Assembly (NCBI GenBank): GCA_963736515.1
Contig: CAVTPE010000024.1
Location: 35,017 to 99,016, forward strand
DNA: 64,000 nt
Reading direction: 5' to 3'
Origin: an uncultured Acidimicrobiaceae bacterium
GTDB lineage: Bacteria; Actinomycetota; Acidimicrobiia; Acidimicrobiales; RAAP-2
The position numbers and the translations under genes are program-made. The notes under the pieces were generated by a model that was given only the letters and a program-made list of their open reading frames with translations, searched no databases and was not told the DNA's origin. Positions 19,974 to 28,121 of the stretch are shown one piece after another; position 1 is the first letter of the stretch; the number at the start of each line of letters is the position of its first letter.

Positions 19974-20206
19974 GAGGTGCGGATCTTCGCTCCTCCGAGC
20001 TTCGTCCCGAACTCGATCAACCAGGCTCCGAGACGCGGTGCCACGGCTCGGCTACCCGGCACCCGGGATCTGGTCGCCGGGCCGTGGGTCGCCCGGACGT
20101 CACCCGCCGCCACGCCGCCGCGAGCAACTCGCCGCGGACCCGCGGAATTCATCAGATCCCGCTGGTGGGCTTCAGCCTGCGACTGCACTGCCTTCGCCTG
20201 GATCAT
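19970..20206 (-). CDS. possible small protein (78 aa) translationally coupled to the sulfatase
   Basis: GAGGTGAG lies upstream of ATG 20206. Its TGA overlaps the sulfatase TTG (TTGA). By eye, third-codon positions are mostly G/C. I recognise no homology. Confidence 0.3.
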   Translation of the reverse strand: MIQAKAVQSQAEAHQRDLMNSAGPRRVARGGVAAGDVRATHGPATRSRVPGSRAVAPRLGAWLIEFGTKLGGAKIRTS

Positions 20207-20286
20207 CAGCTCACCTCGTTCCCGTCGATCCCTTCGGGATCGGGATCCCCACTCCCGCCCGACATCACCGTCATCCTATTCGATGT

Positions 20287-20315
20287 TTGACAAGAATTCA
20301 AGAATATCCTAATAT
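20287..20315 (+). promoter_or_regulatory. sigma-70/SigA-like promoter TTGACA-17 nt-TAATAT, predicted to give a leaderless mRNA
   Basis: TTGACA at 20287-20292, a 17-nt spacer, then TAATAT at 20310-20315. The ATG of the downstream gene starts at 20322, 6 nt after the -10 box. No RBS is possible. Confidence 0.6.
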
Positions 20316-20321
20316 AGCTAC

Positions 20322-21413
20322 ATGCCTATGCTCGTGGATGAGACCGTACTCCCCCCCAGGCAGTTGGTGAGCGCCGCTCCTTCGCTCGCCAGCGACCTGT
20401 CCTGGCTGTTGTTCGTGGCTTCGCAGCCCTCGATGCAGGCGCGGTACCCGAAGCTGGCCGAGATGTTCAAGGGGCGAGAGGACCTCGCGGTCCGAGTCCG
20501 CAACTTCTGGAACGACTCGTCGGACGGGACCTGCTTCGCCGAGATGCAGGTGCTGGCCCACCATGCCGGAGCGCTCAGCGAGACCGAACCGGACTCGCTG
20601 TGGGCAGCGATCCAGTCTGCGGTGGCCACCGTCCCGCTCGACCTGGAGATGCCATCGGAGAGCGCCGAGGAGCGCGCGGTGTATCTGGAGCGCTTTCGCA
20701 TGCTTCGTTCGTCCCCGGACCTGTTGCGGTCGTACTTGGAGCTGCTCCAAGAGGTTTGGGCGCCGGTCGACGACACGTGGCAACAGGCGCTGCCGATCAT
20801 CGAAGAAGCAGGGCGCCATGTGGTGGCGCAGTACGAACGCGGGCGATCACTGGAGATATTGATAACGCCCGGGTGTGACATCCTCGAAGCGCGAATGCCC
20901 GAGCTCGTGGCCGACATCGAGGCCGGCAAACCGCTCCTGTTCGTGCCCTGCTTGTTCTTCGGATCGAGCATGTACCTGGAGTTCTCCGCCCTGGTCGTCA
21001 TCGGGACGGGCGTGGGCCAGGGCGACGTCGTGGCGCGGGCGCACACCGAGTCGGTGGCCCGCCGGCTCAAGGCGGTCGCCGATCCCACCCGTCTCGCCCT
21101 TCTGCAGTCGCTGGCCACGGCGCCGAGCTCCGTGGGCGAGCTGGCGGTGCTCTTCCGGCTGGCCCAGCCCACCGTGAGCATGCACGTGAAGGTCCTGCGG
21201 CAGAGCGGCCTCGTGCGATCAGAGCGCCAGGGGGGGCGAATGAGGTTGAGCGCGGACGCCGCGGCCGTCGAGTTGCTGCTCGGGGAGCTTCGTCAGGCCG
21301 TGCTGCGGGGAGCCGCGGGGACGGGACCTCCCGGCGCCAACACCACCGGCAGCGACCTGATCCCGGCGACCGTGGTCGACAACACCCTCTCGGCCGGTCC
21401 CGTGACCTCGTAA
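20322..21413 (+). CDS. ArsR/SmtB-family HTH regulator with a ~250-aa N-terminal extension
   Basis: C-terminal LKAVADPTRLALLQSLATAPSSVGELAVLFRLAQPTVSMHVKVLRQSGLVRSERQG. I do not recognise the N-terminal domain. Confidence 0.8.
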   Translation: MPMLVDETVLPPRQLVSAAPSLASDLSWLLFVASQPSMQARYPKLAEMFKGREDLAVRVRNFWNDSSDGTCFAEMQVLAHHAGALSETEPDSLWAAIQSAVATVPLDLEMPSESAEERAVYLERFRMLRSSPDLLRSYLELLQEVWAPVDDTWQQALPIIEEAGRHVVAQYERGRSLEILITPGCDILEARMPELVADIEAGKPLLFVPCLFFGSSMYLEFSALVVIGTGVGQGDVVARAHTESVARRLKAVADPTRLALLQSLATAPSSVGELAVLFRLAQPTVSMHVKVLRQSGLVRSERQGGRMRLSADAAAVELLLGELRQAVLRGAAGTGPPGANTTGSDLIPATVVDNTLSAGPVTS

Positions 21414-22557
21414 GCGGGGAAGCGCCCCAGGAGCTCCTCCACGAAGATCCTGGCCTCCAGGCGGGCCAGACTTGCCCCGAGACACACGTGCTCGCCGAAG
21501 CCGAAGGCGAGATGCACCGGATTGGCCGGACGCCGCACGTCGAAACGCGCCGCGTCCCCCCGAAGACCCTCTCGTCTCGATTCCCTGACGCGTAGAGCAT
21601 GCAGAGGTAGTCGCCCTCTCTGACGCGGGTCCCGGCGACCAGGGCGTCTTCGGTGGCGGTGCGGCAGAAGGCGTGAACGGGCGTGACCCAACGCAGACAT
21701 TCCTCCACCGCCCCGGGCACCAACGAGACATCGGAAGCCAAGGCGGTGCGCTGGTCCGGATGCTCGTCCAGCACGAGCGCCGTCCCGGACAAGAGCGTCC
21801 GGGTGGTCTCGTTGCCGGCCACCAACAGGGTGAGGAGGAACATGAACAGCTCCTCCTTGCTCAGCGGGCACCCCCCGACCTCGCTGCCCACGAGGAGCGA
21901 GACCAGATCCTCCCCGGGATGGTCGCGCTTGGACCGGATGTGCTCGACGATGAAACCCGAGAGCTCGCCCAGCGCCGCCATGGTCTCGTCGGGCGGGAGG
22001 TCCGGTGACTCGATCGCCGCGTCGGACCACCCGCGAAAGTCCTCCCGGTCCGACTCGTCGATCCCCAAGAGCTCCGCGATCACCATCAGCGGGAAGGGGG
22101 CGGCGAGCTCGGCGACGAAGTCGATCTCGTCACGGGTCTCGACCGCGTCGAGCAGCGCCGTGGCACTCGTTCGAATCGACTCGGCGAGGCTCGACATGGC
22201 CCGGGGCGTGAACCGCCGGTTGACCAGGCCGCGGAAGGCGGCGTGCTCGGGAGGGTCCATGTGCAGGATCGAACGTGAGGGCATCGCGGTGTCACTCGAG
22301 CGCATGGGGTCGTTGACCAGTGCACCCCGTCCCGAGCAGAAGTGTCCGGGGTCGCGGCTGAGATTCCGGATGTCCTCGTAGCGGCTGACCGCCCAGAAGC
22401 CGGGTGCGCACTCGTGCACGGGATCCTCGGCGCGGAGCCAGGTCAGCACGTCGTGGTAGTCGTCCCGCACGAAGAACGCGGCGTCCCGCGGGTCGATGGC
22501 GTCGTCATGCGCCCGGTGTCCACCCCGGTCGATCTGGTCTCGCTGGTCCCCGGCCAC
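21293..22557 (-). pseudogene. cytochrome P450, interrupted by a frameshift in a C6 (G6 on the coding strand) run
   Basis: The N-terminal frame (AGNETT, EECLRW, ...YASGNRDERVFG) leaves frame at 21556-21561. The heme loop FGFGEHVCLGASLARLE and the C-terminus continue in the frame of ORF 21293..22030. Confidence 0.8.
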
Positions 22558-22580
22558 CGTCCGAGCGTACTGTCACCGCG

Positions 22581-23753
22581 GTGCGCACCGAAGACGACCG
22601 CCTCGCCGCCACCCCCGGAACCTCGCCCTACCCCGCCTCCGAGGAGCATGCCCCGCTCGCCGGCATCGACGAGTTCCTCATCCACAACGCGCCGTATCCC
22701 GTGCGCGTCATGTGGACGCCCGACGCGCAGGCCTACGAGCGCGTGTGGTTCACCTGCCAGGACAAGGTGGGCGAGCTCCTCGTGGTGATCGGTCTCGCCT
22801 TCTACCCGAACCTCGGCACGGCGGAGGCCTATGCCATCGTCAACGTGCGCGGGGGCCACACCACCGTGCGGGCTCATAAGAAGTGCCCCACGGATCGCAT
22901 GGACATGAGCCTCGGCCCCTTCCACTTCGAGGTGCTGGAGCCCTTCCGGAAGTGGCGGCTCAGGCTCGATCCCACAGAGCACGGCATCGCCTTCGACATC
23001 ACCTGGCTCGATACGAAGCGACCCGTCTTCCGCCAACTGGGCGCCGGCATCGTCGTCGGCGGCCGCGCCGTCAGCCCGGTCGCCGGCTACGACGGCTTCG
23101 GCCGCCAGGAGGGCTCGGTAGAGGCCCACGGCGAGCGCTTCGTCCTGGCTCCGGTCACCCACCTCGGCACCCGCGACCATCATTGGGGTACGCGCGACGG
23201 CGTCGGCGGGCCCGGCCGCTACATGGGTATGCAACACCCGCACAGCGGTGAGTGGGTCGAGTTCGAGAACTTCGGGATCTGGGGCGACCACGTGCTCTAC
23301 AACCTCGGCGACGCGTGGAAGCGCAGCGCGACGCTGACGAAACGCGTGCACCGCATGCGCTTCGAGCCCGACACCAACCTCCTGCACAGCGGCGAGGTCG
23401 ACCTGGTGTTCGCCGACGGCACCGTCAAGACCATGTCGTTCGAGCGACTCGGGAACCAGATCGCGTTCCTCCGCTGCGGCATGTACGGCGGACCGAACGG
23501 CGGCACTCCCGACGGCGACATCTGGCACGGGATGCCGGTCGCCTCGGGCGACGAGGTCGTGGTGCACGGCGAGACCTTCGACGTCAACGACCCGGCCGTG
23601 CGCAGCCGGCTGGCGGGGCAGGATCAGCACCACTGCCGCGTCACCTGCGACGGCGAGGTCACGTACGGCCTCGTCGAGCCCTACGACACCCTCTGCTACG
23701 AGGTAGCCAAGGCGGGGGTCATGGGCTTCTCACTTCTCGACCCGGCGCCCTGA
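22581..23753 (+). CDS. conserved hypothetical protein (function unknown)
   Basis: Long ORF with typical coding composition. I chose GTG 22581 because the longer ORF overlaps the divergent P450. I recognise no motif. Confidence 0.55.
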   Translation: MRTEDDRLAATPGTSPYPASEEHAPLAGIDEFLIHNAPYPVRVMWTPDAQAYERVWFTCQDKVGELLVVIGLAFYPNLGTAEAYAIVNVRGGHTTVRAHKKCPTDRMDMSLGPFHFEVLEPFRKWRLRLDPTEHGIAFDITWLDTKRPVFRQLGAGIVVGGRAVSPVAGYDGFGRQEGSVEAHGERFVLAPVTHLGTRDHHWGTRDGVGGPGRYMGMQHPHSGEWVEFENFGIWGDHVLYNLGDAWKRSATLTKRVHRMRFEPDTNLLHSGEVDLVFADGTVKTMSFERLGNQIAFLRCGMYGGPNGGTPDGDIWHGMPVASGDEVVVHGETFDVNDPAVRSRLAGQDQHHCRVTCDGEVTYGLVEPYDTLCYEVAKAGVMGFSLLDPAP

Positions 23754-23813
23754 CCCGGCGCTCTGAACCGTTGCCCTGAACCGTGCCCTGAACCGTTGCC
23801 CTGAACCGTTGCC
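23739..23813. repeat. 13-nt-period tandem repeat, six units; the core is four copies of CTGAACCGTTGCC at 23763-23813
   Basis: The sequence reads gacccggcgc cct gacccggcgc tct gaaccgttgc cct gaaccgtgc cct gaaccgttgc cct gaaccgttgc. It starts in the last codons of the upstream CDS and fills a convergent intergenic gap. Confidence 0.85.
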
Positions 23814-23881
23814 CGCGCATGGCGGCTCGAATGGGACGGGTCGCCGCGCCGGATCGCCGGGCCCGGACCGGCGGGCCGCAC

Positions 23882-24946
23882 TCATCCGACCTCGGCGGCA
23901 GCAGCCTCCAATCGCGCCAGGAGGATGCCCCCCATCGGGTTCTCCCGCCGGCGAGGATCACCGGTGATGCGCTGGTGGCGGTCGTTGATGGCGAGGGCGC
24001 GGGCCAGCGCGAAGACCTCGTGCCACACGAGGTCCTTCGCCTCGTACCCGCTCTGGCGCTCGTAGCGCTCCAGCGCCTCAGCCGTGCCGGGAAAACCGGG
24101 CGGCCGGCCCCCGAACAACGCCTCCATCATGAACTCGAGGCCGAAGTGCCAGCCGAGATCCATCTCCCGCGGTCCGATGGAAGCCAGGTCCCAGTCGAGC
24201 ACGGCGGTGACCCGGCGTCCGGGATCGAAGACGAGGTTCCCGAGTCGCACGTCCCCCCAGAGCAGGGTGGCCTCCCGTTCAGCCGGCACATGGCGGCTGC
24301 ACCACTCGAGCGCCTGGTCCAGCGCGGGCAGCGGGTCTGCGTCGGAGGACCACGCGACGTAGGCCATCAGGCGGTCCACGTGGTCGCGCAACTGGGCGCC
24401 CGGCAAGACGGCACCCAGGCGGTGGGCCTCCCACGGCACCGCATGGATCCCGGCCAGCGTGTCGATCAGCTCGTCGTACATCACCCGTTGGGTCGCGGGC
24501 CCGGCGTCGCGGACGTAGGGATCGAAGAACGGCGCCGGCCCCGGGATGTCGCCCCCAACGCGAGGCATCACAAGGAAGGGCGAGCCGATCCAGGCCGGAT
24601 CGGTGACGACCAGCGACGGCGCGGGCGCCGGCACTCCCGAGGCGGCCACGGCATTCTGGACGAGCGCTTGCGGCCCCAGGTCGTACTCGGGGAACGTGGG
24701 CACCAGCGGCGCCAGCCGCACCACCATGCCGGGGTGGGAGGGCTCCAGGCCCACCAGCACGGTCTCGTTGGCCAGGCCTCCCTGCGCATGCGAGAGCGTT
24801 GCGATGTGCACCGGGGTGTCGGCCCCCTTGCCGGCGCCACCACGGTCCGCGCCGGCCAGACCGTGGACGAGCTCGGGGTAGGCCGAGATCCAACGGCCCA
24901 GCCCTTCCTCCAGTGCTTCGTCGTCGCGCCGCTCCCCTGTTGCCAC
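23882..24946 (-). CDS. phosphotransferase-family protein (APH/choline-kinase-like fold)
   Basis: LLWGDVRLGNLVF (catalytic loop) and VLDWDLASIGPREMDLGW. The GTG start directly follows the TAG of the upstream gene. Confidence 0.8.
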   Translation of the reverse strand: MATGERRDDEALEEGLGRWISAYPELVHGLAGADRGGAGKGADTPVHIATLSHAQGGLANETVLVGLEPSHPGMVVRLAPLVPTFPEYDLGPQALVQNAVAASGVPAPAPSLVVTDPAWIGSPFLVMPRVGGDIPGPAPFFDPYVRDAGPATQRVMYDELIDTLAGIHAVPWEAHRLGAVLPGAQLRDHVDRLMAYVAWSSDADPLPALDQALEWCSRHVPAEREATLLWGDVRLGNLVFDPGRRVTAVLDWDLASIGPREMDLGWHFGLEFMMEALFGGRPPGFPGTAEALERYERQSGYEAKDLVWHEVFALARALAINDRHQRITGDPRRRENPMGGILLARLEAAAAEVG

Positions 24947-25432
24947 CTACGGAAGATAGAGCACGGCCTGCCACCGGCCTGTCATCTCTGCCCGGCAGAG
25001 GGCGGCGCCGGCGCGCACGCTCCAGTCGATGACGTCGCCCTCGCTCACTTCGGCCGGGGTGCGGACGAGCAGGCCCCGCCGGGCATGGTCCTGGCGCACC
25101 ACCCAACCCTCGGGCACGGTCACGCCGGCCTCGGCCAAGCGAGCCACCGCCTTGCCCCCGGTCGGATGCATGAGGCCGACCGTCAGCCCCTCGGTGTGGC
25201 GACGATCCTTCTTGGGCGGCATCACCGTCGTCATCGTCACCGGGGCCGCCTGGTTCCCGAAGAACGCGAAGAGCCCGGCCCGCGGGTGCACGTCGCCCGC
25301 GTCCTCGTCGATCCCTGGCATCAGGTTGACCCAACCACTGCCGGCTGCGCGCAGCGGGCGCAACGCGTCAGCGACGGCCGCCACCTCGGGAGGTGTGAAC
25401 TCGATCGTCTTGGTCCGGCGCCCGCTGCTCAC
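24947..25432 (-). CDS. hypothetical protein (161 aa)
   Basis: GTG 25432 overlaps the TGA of the upstream NMO gene (GTGA). The gene is sandwiched with no gaps between two clear genes. I recognise no motif. Confidence 0.5.
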   Translation of the reverse strand: MSSGRRTKTIEFTPPEVAAVADALRPLRAAGSGWVNLMPGIDEDAGDVHPRAGLFAFFGNQAAPVTMTTVMPPKKDRRHTEGLTVGLMHPTGGKAVARLAEAGVTVPEGWVVRQDHARRGLLVRTPAEVSEGDVIDWSVRAGAALCRAEMTGRWQAVLYLP

Positions 25433-26466
25433 CGGCGCAATCCTGACACCAGACGCTCGACGACCTCCGCCGCCGGCCGGGCCTCGGCCTGACGGAACGC
25501 CGTCCCCGCGTACAGGCTCATGCGCTGCGAATCGCCGGCCCGGGCCGCCGCGGCGCGCGGCGGCCGCGTGGCGTTGTTGATCTCGGGATAGGCGGCCGGC
25601 GCGCCGGGGTGGTCCCGCACCATGGCGTTGACGAGCGCACGGGCCCGCCGGCCACTGAAGGCACGCGTGACGGCGGTCGCGGCGAACGCCGGATCGACGA
25701 GGGCGTCCTTCTGCGCCGGCGGGGCGCCACTCTCGGGACAGCGCAGGAACGCCGTCCCGGCCTGGACCATGTGGGCGCCTCGGGCCACCAGATCCATCAC
25801 GTCCCCGGGAGTGCCCACCCCGCCCGCCGCCACCAACGGGACGAGCGTGCGCCGGCGCACCGCGGCGAGGAGCGCGCGGACGGGCCGGTCCTGGTCCGGG
25901 CGGTCGTCGTTGCGCAGGCTGCCCCGGTGTGCCCCGGCCTCGGCACCCTGGAGGCACAGCGCGTCCGGCTCGAGTTGCAACGCCCGGACCGCCTCTTCCG
26001 GCGTGGTCACGGTGAGGAGGACCGTCGAGCCCGCCGCCTGCAGCGCCCGGACGACGTCGGGGCCGGGGAGGCCGAAGGTAAAGCTCACCGCAGCGGGTGC
26101 CGCGGCGAGCACGACATCGACCTTGCCGTCGTAGTCGTCGTCGTCCCACGACGCCGTTCCCAGCGTCGCTCCGAGGGAGGCGGCGTCGGAGGCGAGCTGG
26201 GCGACATACACCGCCAGACCGTCGGGATCTTCCGTGGGTCCACCCGGGACGAACAGGTTGACGCCGAACGCGCCGACGCCCGCTGCGGCCACTGCGGCCA
26301 CCTCGTCGGCCAGGCCGGCCGCCGTCTTGTACCCACCGGCCAGGAAGCCCAGGGCTCCGGCCCCGGCGGCCGCAACCACCAGCTCGACGGTCGAGGGCCC
26401 ACCCGCCATTGGCGCCACCACGAGGGGCCAAGGTGAGAGCGACTGCACACCCCCACCCTTACCCAC
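25429..26466 (-). CDS. nitronate monooxygenase family protein (second paralog in the window)
   Basis: PLVVAPMAGGPSTVELVVAAAGAGALGFLAGG, LQGAEAGAHRG, VAAGGVGTPGDV. Confidence 0.85.
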   Translation of the reverse strand: MGKGGGVQSLSPWPLVVAPMAGGPSTVELVVAAAGAGALGFLAGGYKTAAGLADEVAAVAAAGVGAFGVNLFVPGGPTEDPDGLAVYVAQLASDAASLGATLGTASWDDDDYDGKVDVVLAAAPAAVSFTFGLPGPDVVRALQAAGSTVLLTVTTPEEAVRALQLEPDALCLQGAEAGAHRGSLRNDDRPDQDRPVRALLAAVRRRTLVPLVAAGGVGTPGDVMDLVARGAHMVQAGTAFLRCPESGAPPAQKDALVDPAFAATAVTRAFSGRRARALVNAMVRDHPGAPAAYPEINNATRPPRAAAARAGDSQRMSLYAGTAFRQAEARPAAEVVERLVSGLRR

Positions 26467-26488
26467 CGGCCACTACGGTGGGCGACCC

Positions 26489-27181
26489 GTGAACCTCGAC
26501 CTCGTGGACACCCTGCGCAGCACCGGTGCCGCCCGCCAATTCCATCCCGACCCGGTCGGTGACGACGTGCTGGTCCGCCTCCTCGACACGGCCCGCTTCG
26601 CTCCCAGCGGCGGTAACCGCCAGGGCTGGCGTGTCATCGTGGTCAAGGACCCGGCCACCCGGACGGCCCTGCGCGATCTCTACCTCAGCGGTTGGTACGA
26701 GTACCTGGCCATGGTGTCGGCCGGTTTGGTCCCCTGGGCACCCGTGACGGACCGCGCCGCCGAGGCGGCGGCCATCGCCAACGCCCCGAAGCTCGCCGAG
26801 GCGGCGGCGTCCGCCGCACCCGGCTTCGCCGAGACCCTCGATACCGCTCCCGCGCTCCTCCTCGTGCTGGCCGACCTGTCGGCGCTCGCCGCGGTCGACC
26901 GCGACCTGCCCCGCTACACCCTCGTCGGCGGTGCCTCCATCTACCCGTTCGTGTGGAGCCTGCTACTCGCCGCACGAACCGAGGGTCTCGGCGGGGTCAT
27001 GACGACCATGCCGGTGCGACGCGAGGAGGACGTGCGCGCGTTGTTCGGGGTCCCCGACACGGTGGCCGTGGCGTCCCTGGTGGCCCTCGGACGCCCCGTG
27101 GCCACCCCCCGCCGGTTGACGCGCGCCCCGGTCGAGACGTTCGCCTGGGTCGACCGCTATGACGGCGACCCGCTGACGTAG
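26489..27181 (+). CDS. nitroreductase-family protein
   Basis: TGAARQFHPDPVGDDVLVRLLDTARFAPSGGNRQGWRVIVV. GTG start at 26489. Confidence 0.8.
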   Translation: MNLDLVDTLRSTGAARQFHPDPVGDDVLVRLLDTARFAPSGGNRQGWRVIVVKDPATRTALRDLYLSGWYEYLAMVSAGLVPWAPVTDRAAEAAAIANAPKLAEAAASAAPGFAETLDTAPALLLVLADLSALAAVDRDLPRYTLVGGASIYPFVWSLLLAARTEGLGGVMTTMPVRREEDVRALFGVPDTVAVASLVALGRPVATPRRLTRAPVETFAWVDRYDGDPLT

Positions 27182-27245
27182 CCGGTCACCGCATCCCGAT
27201 CGGCCCCGGTTGGGGAAGGTGACCGGGGTCGTGGTCAAATGGCCT

Positions 27246-27602
27246 ATGGCCCAGAACGTCCTCGGCGACACACTCGAGCCCTGCAACTTCGATCCACTCA
27301 CCGGCTTCTACCGTGACGGCTGCTGCAACACGGGGGCCGAGGACGTCGGCGTCCATACGGTCTGCACCCGGGTCACGGCGGAATTCCTGGAATTCTCCTC
27401 GTCGGTGGGCAACGACCTGTCGACCCCGCACCCTGAGTTCGGCTTCGACGGGCTGCAGCCGGGCGACCAGTGGTGCCTGTGCGCGGCCCGCTGGCAGGAG
27501 GCCTTCGAGGCGGGCATGGCGCCGCCGGTCGTGCTGGCCTCGACCCATGCCGCCAGCCTCGAGTGGGTACAACTGGGCGATCTGGTGGCGCACGCCATCT
27601 AG
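27246..27602 (+). CDS. DUF2237-family protein
   Basis: NVLGDTLEPCNFDPLTGFYRDGCCNTGAEDVGVHTVC...GDQWCLCAARWQEA matches the family consensus closely. Confidence 0.85.
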   Translation: MAQNVLGDTLEPCNFDPLTGFYRDGCCNTGAEDVGVHTVCTRVTAEFLEFSSSVGNDLSTPHPEFGFDGLQPGDQWCLCAARWQEAFEAGMAPPVVLASTHAASLEWVQLGDLVAHAI

Positions 27603-27640
27603 TCTCCACAGCTGAGCTCGACGAACCGGAGGTCACACCC

Positions 27641-28114
27641 ATGGCAGAGAGCGCTGGGAACACCGTCGTCAGCGTGGACCGGGTCATCAACGCCCCGCCC
27701 GCGGCCCTCTTCTCCGTGGTGGCCGACGCCACGCGCCACCCCGAGATCGACGGCTCGGGCCAGTTGGTCAGGGCCAAGGACGGCGCGGCGCACCGGCTCG
27801 CCATGGGCTCCACCTTCGACATGTCCATGAAGATGGGCCTGCCGTACTCCATGTCCAACACGGTGGTGGAGTTCGAACAGGACCGTCGCATCGCCTGGCG
27901 GACCGTGCAGGCCGGCCTTCTCGGTCGCTTCCTCGGCGGCCGCATCTGGCGTTACGAATTCGAGCCGGTCGACGGCGGGACACGGGTGACCGAGTCGTGG
28001 GACATCTCCCAGGACAAGCAGGCGTTCTTCCTGAAGCACGGCAAGGTGGGCCAGCACACGGCCGCCGCCATGTCCAAGACACTCGACCGCCTGGCCGAGA
28101 TCGCCGAGGCGTGA
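27641..28114 (+). CDS. SRPBCC-family (polyketide cyclase/START-like) protein
   Basis: GGAGG at 27628-27632. VSVDRVINAPPAALFSVVADATRHPEIDGSG, and 157 aa is a typical size. Confidence 0.75.
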   Translation: MAESAGNTVVSVDRVINAPPAALFSVVADATRHPEIDGSGQLVRAKDGAAHRLAMGSTFDMSMKMGLPYSMSNTVVEFEQDRRIAWRTVQAGLLGRFLGGRIWRYEFEPVDGGTRVTESWDISQDKQAFFLKHGKVGQHTAAAMSKTLDRLAEIAEA

Positions 28115-28121
28115 CATCCGC

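Noticed and set aside
21293-22557. Programmed ribosomal frameshifting as an explanation for the split P450 and the other split genes.
   Set aside because: There are no slippery heptamers or downstream structures, and the affected enzyme families are not known to use recoding. An indel, real or artefactual, is the simpler explanation.
23739-23813. Possible CRISPR array or terminator at the 13-nt repeat.
   Set aside because: The units are directly adjacent with no spacers, are far too short, and lack dyad symmetry. No cas genes are nearby.
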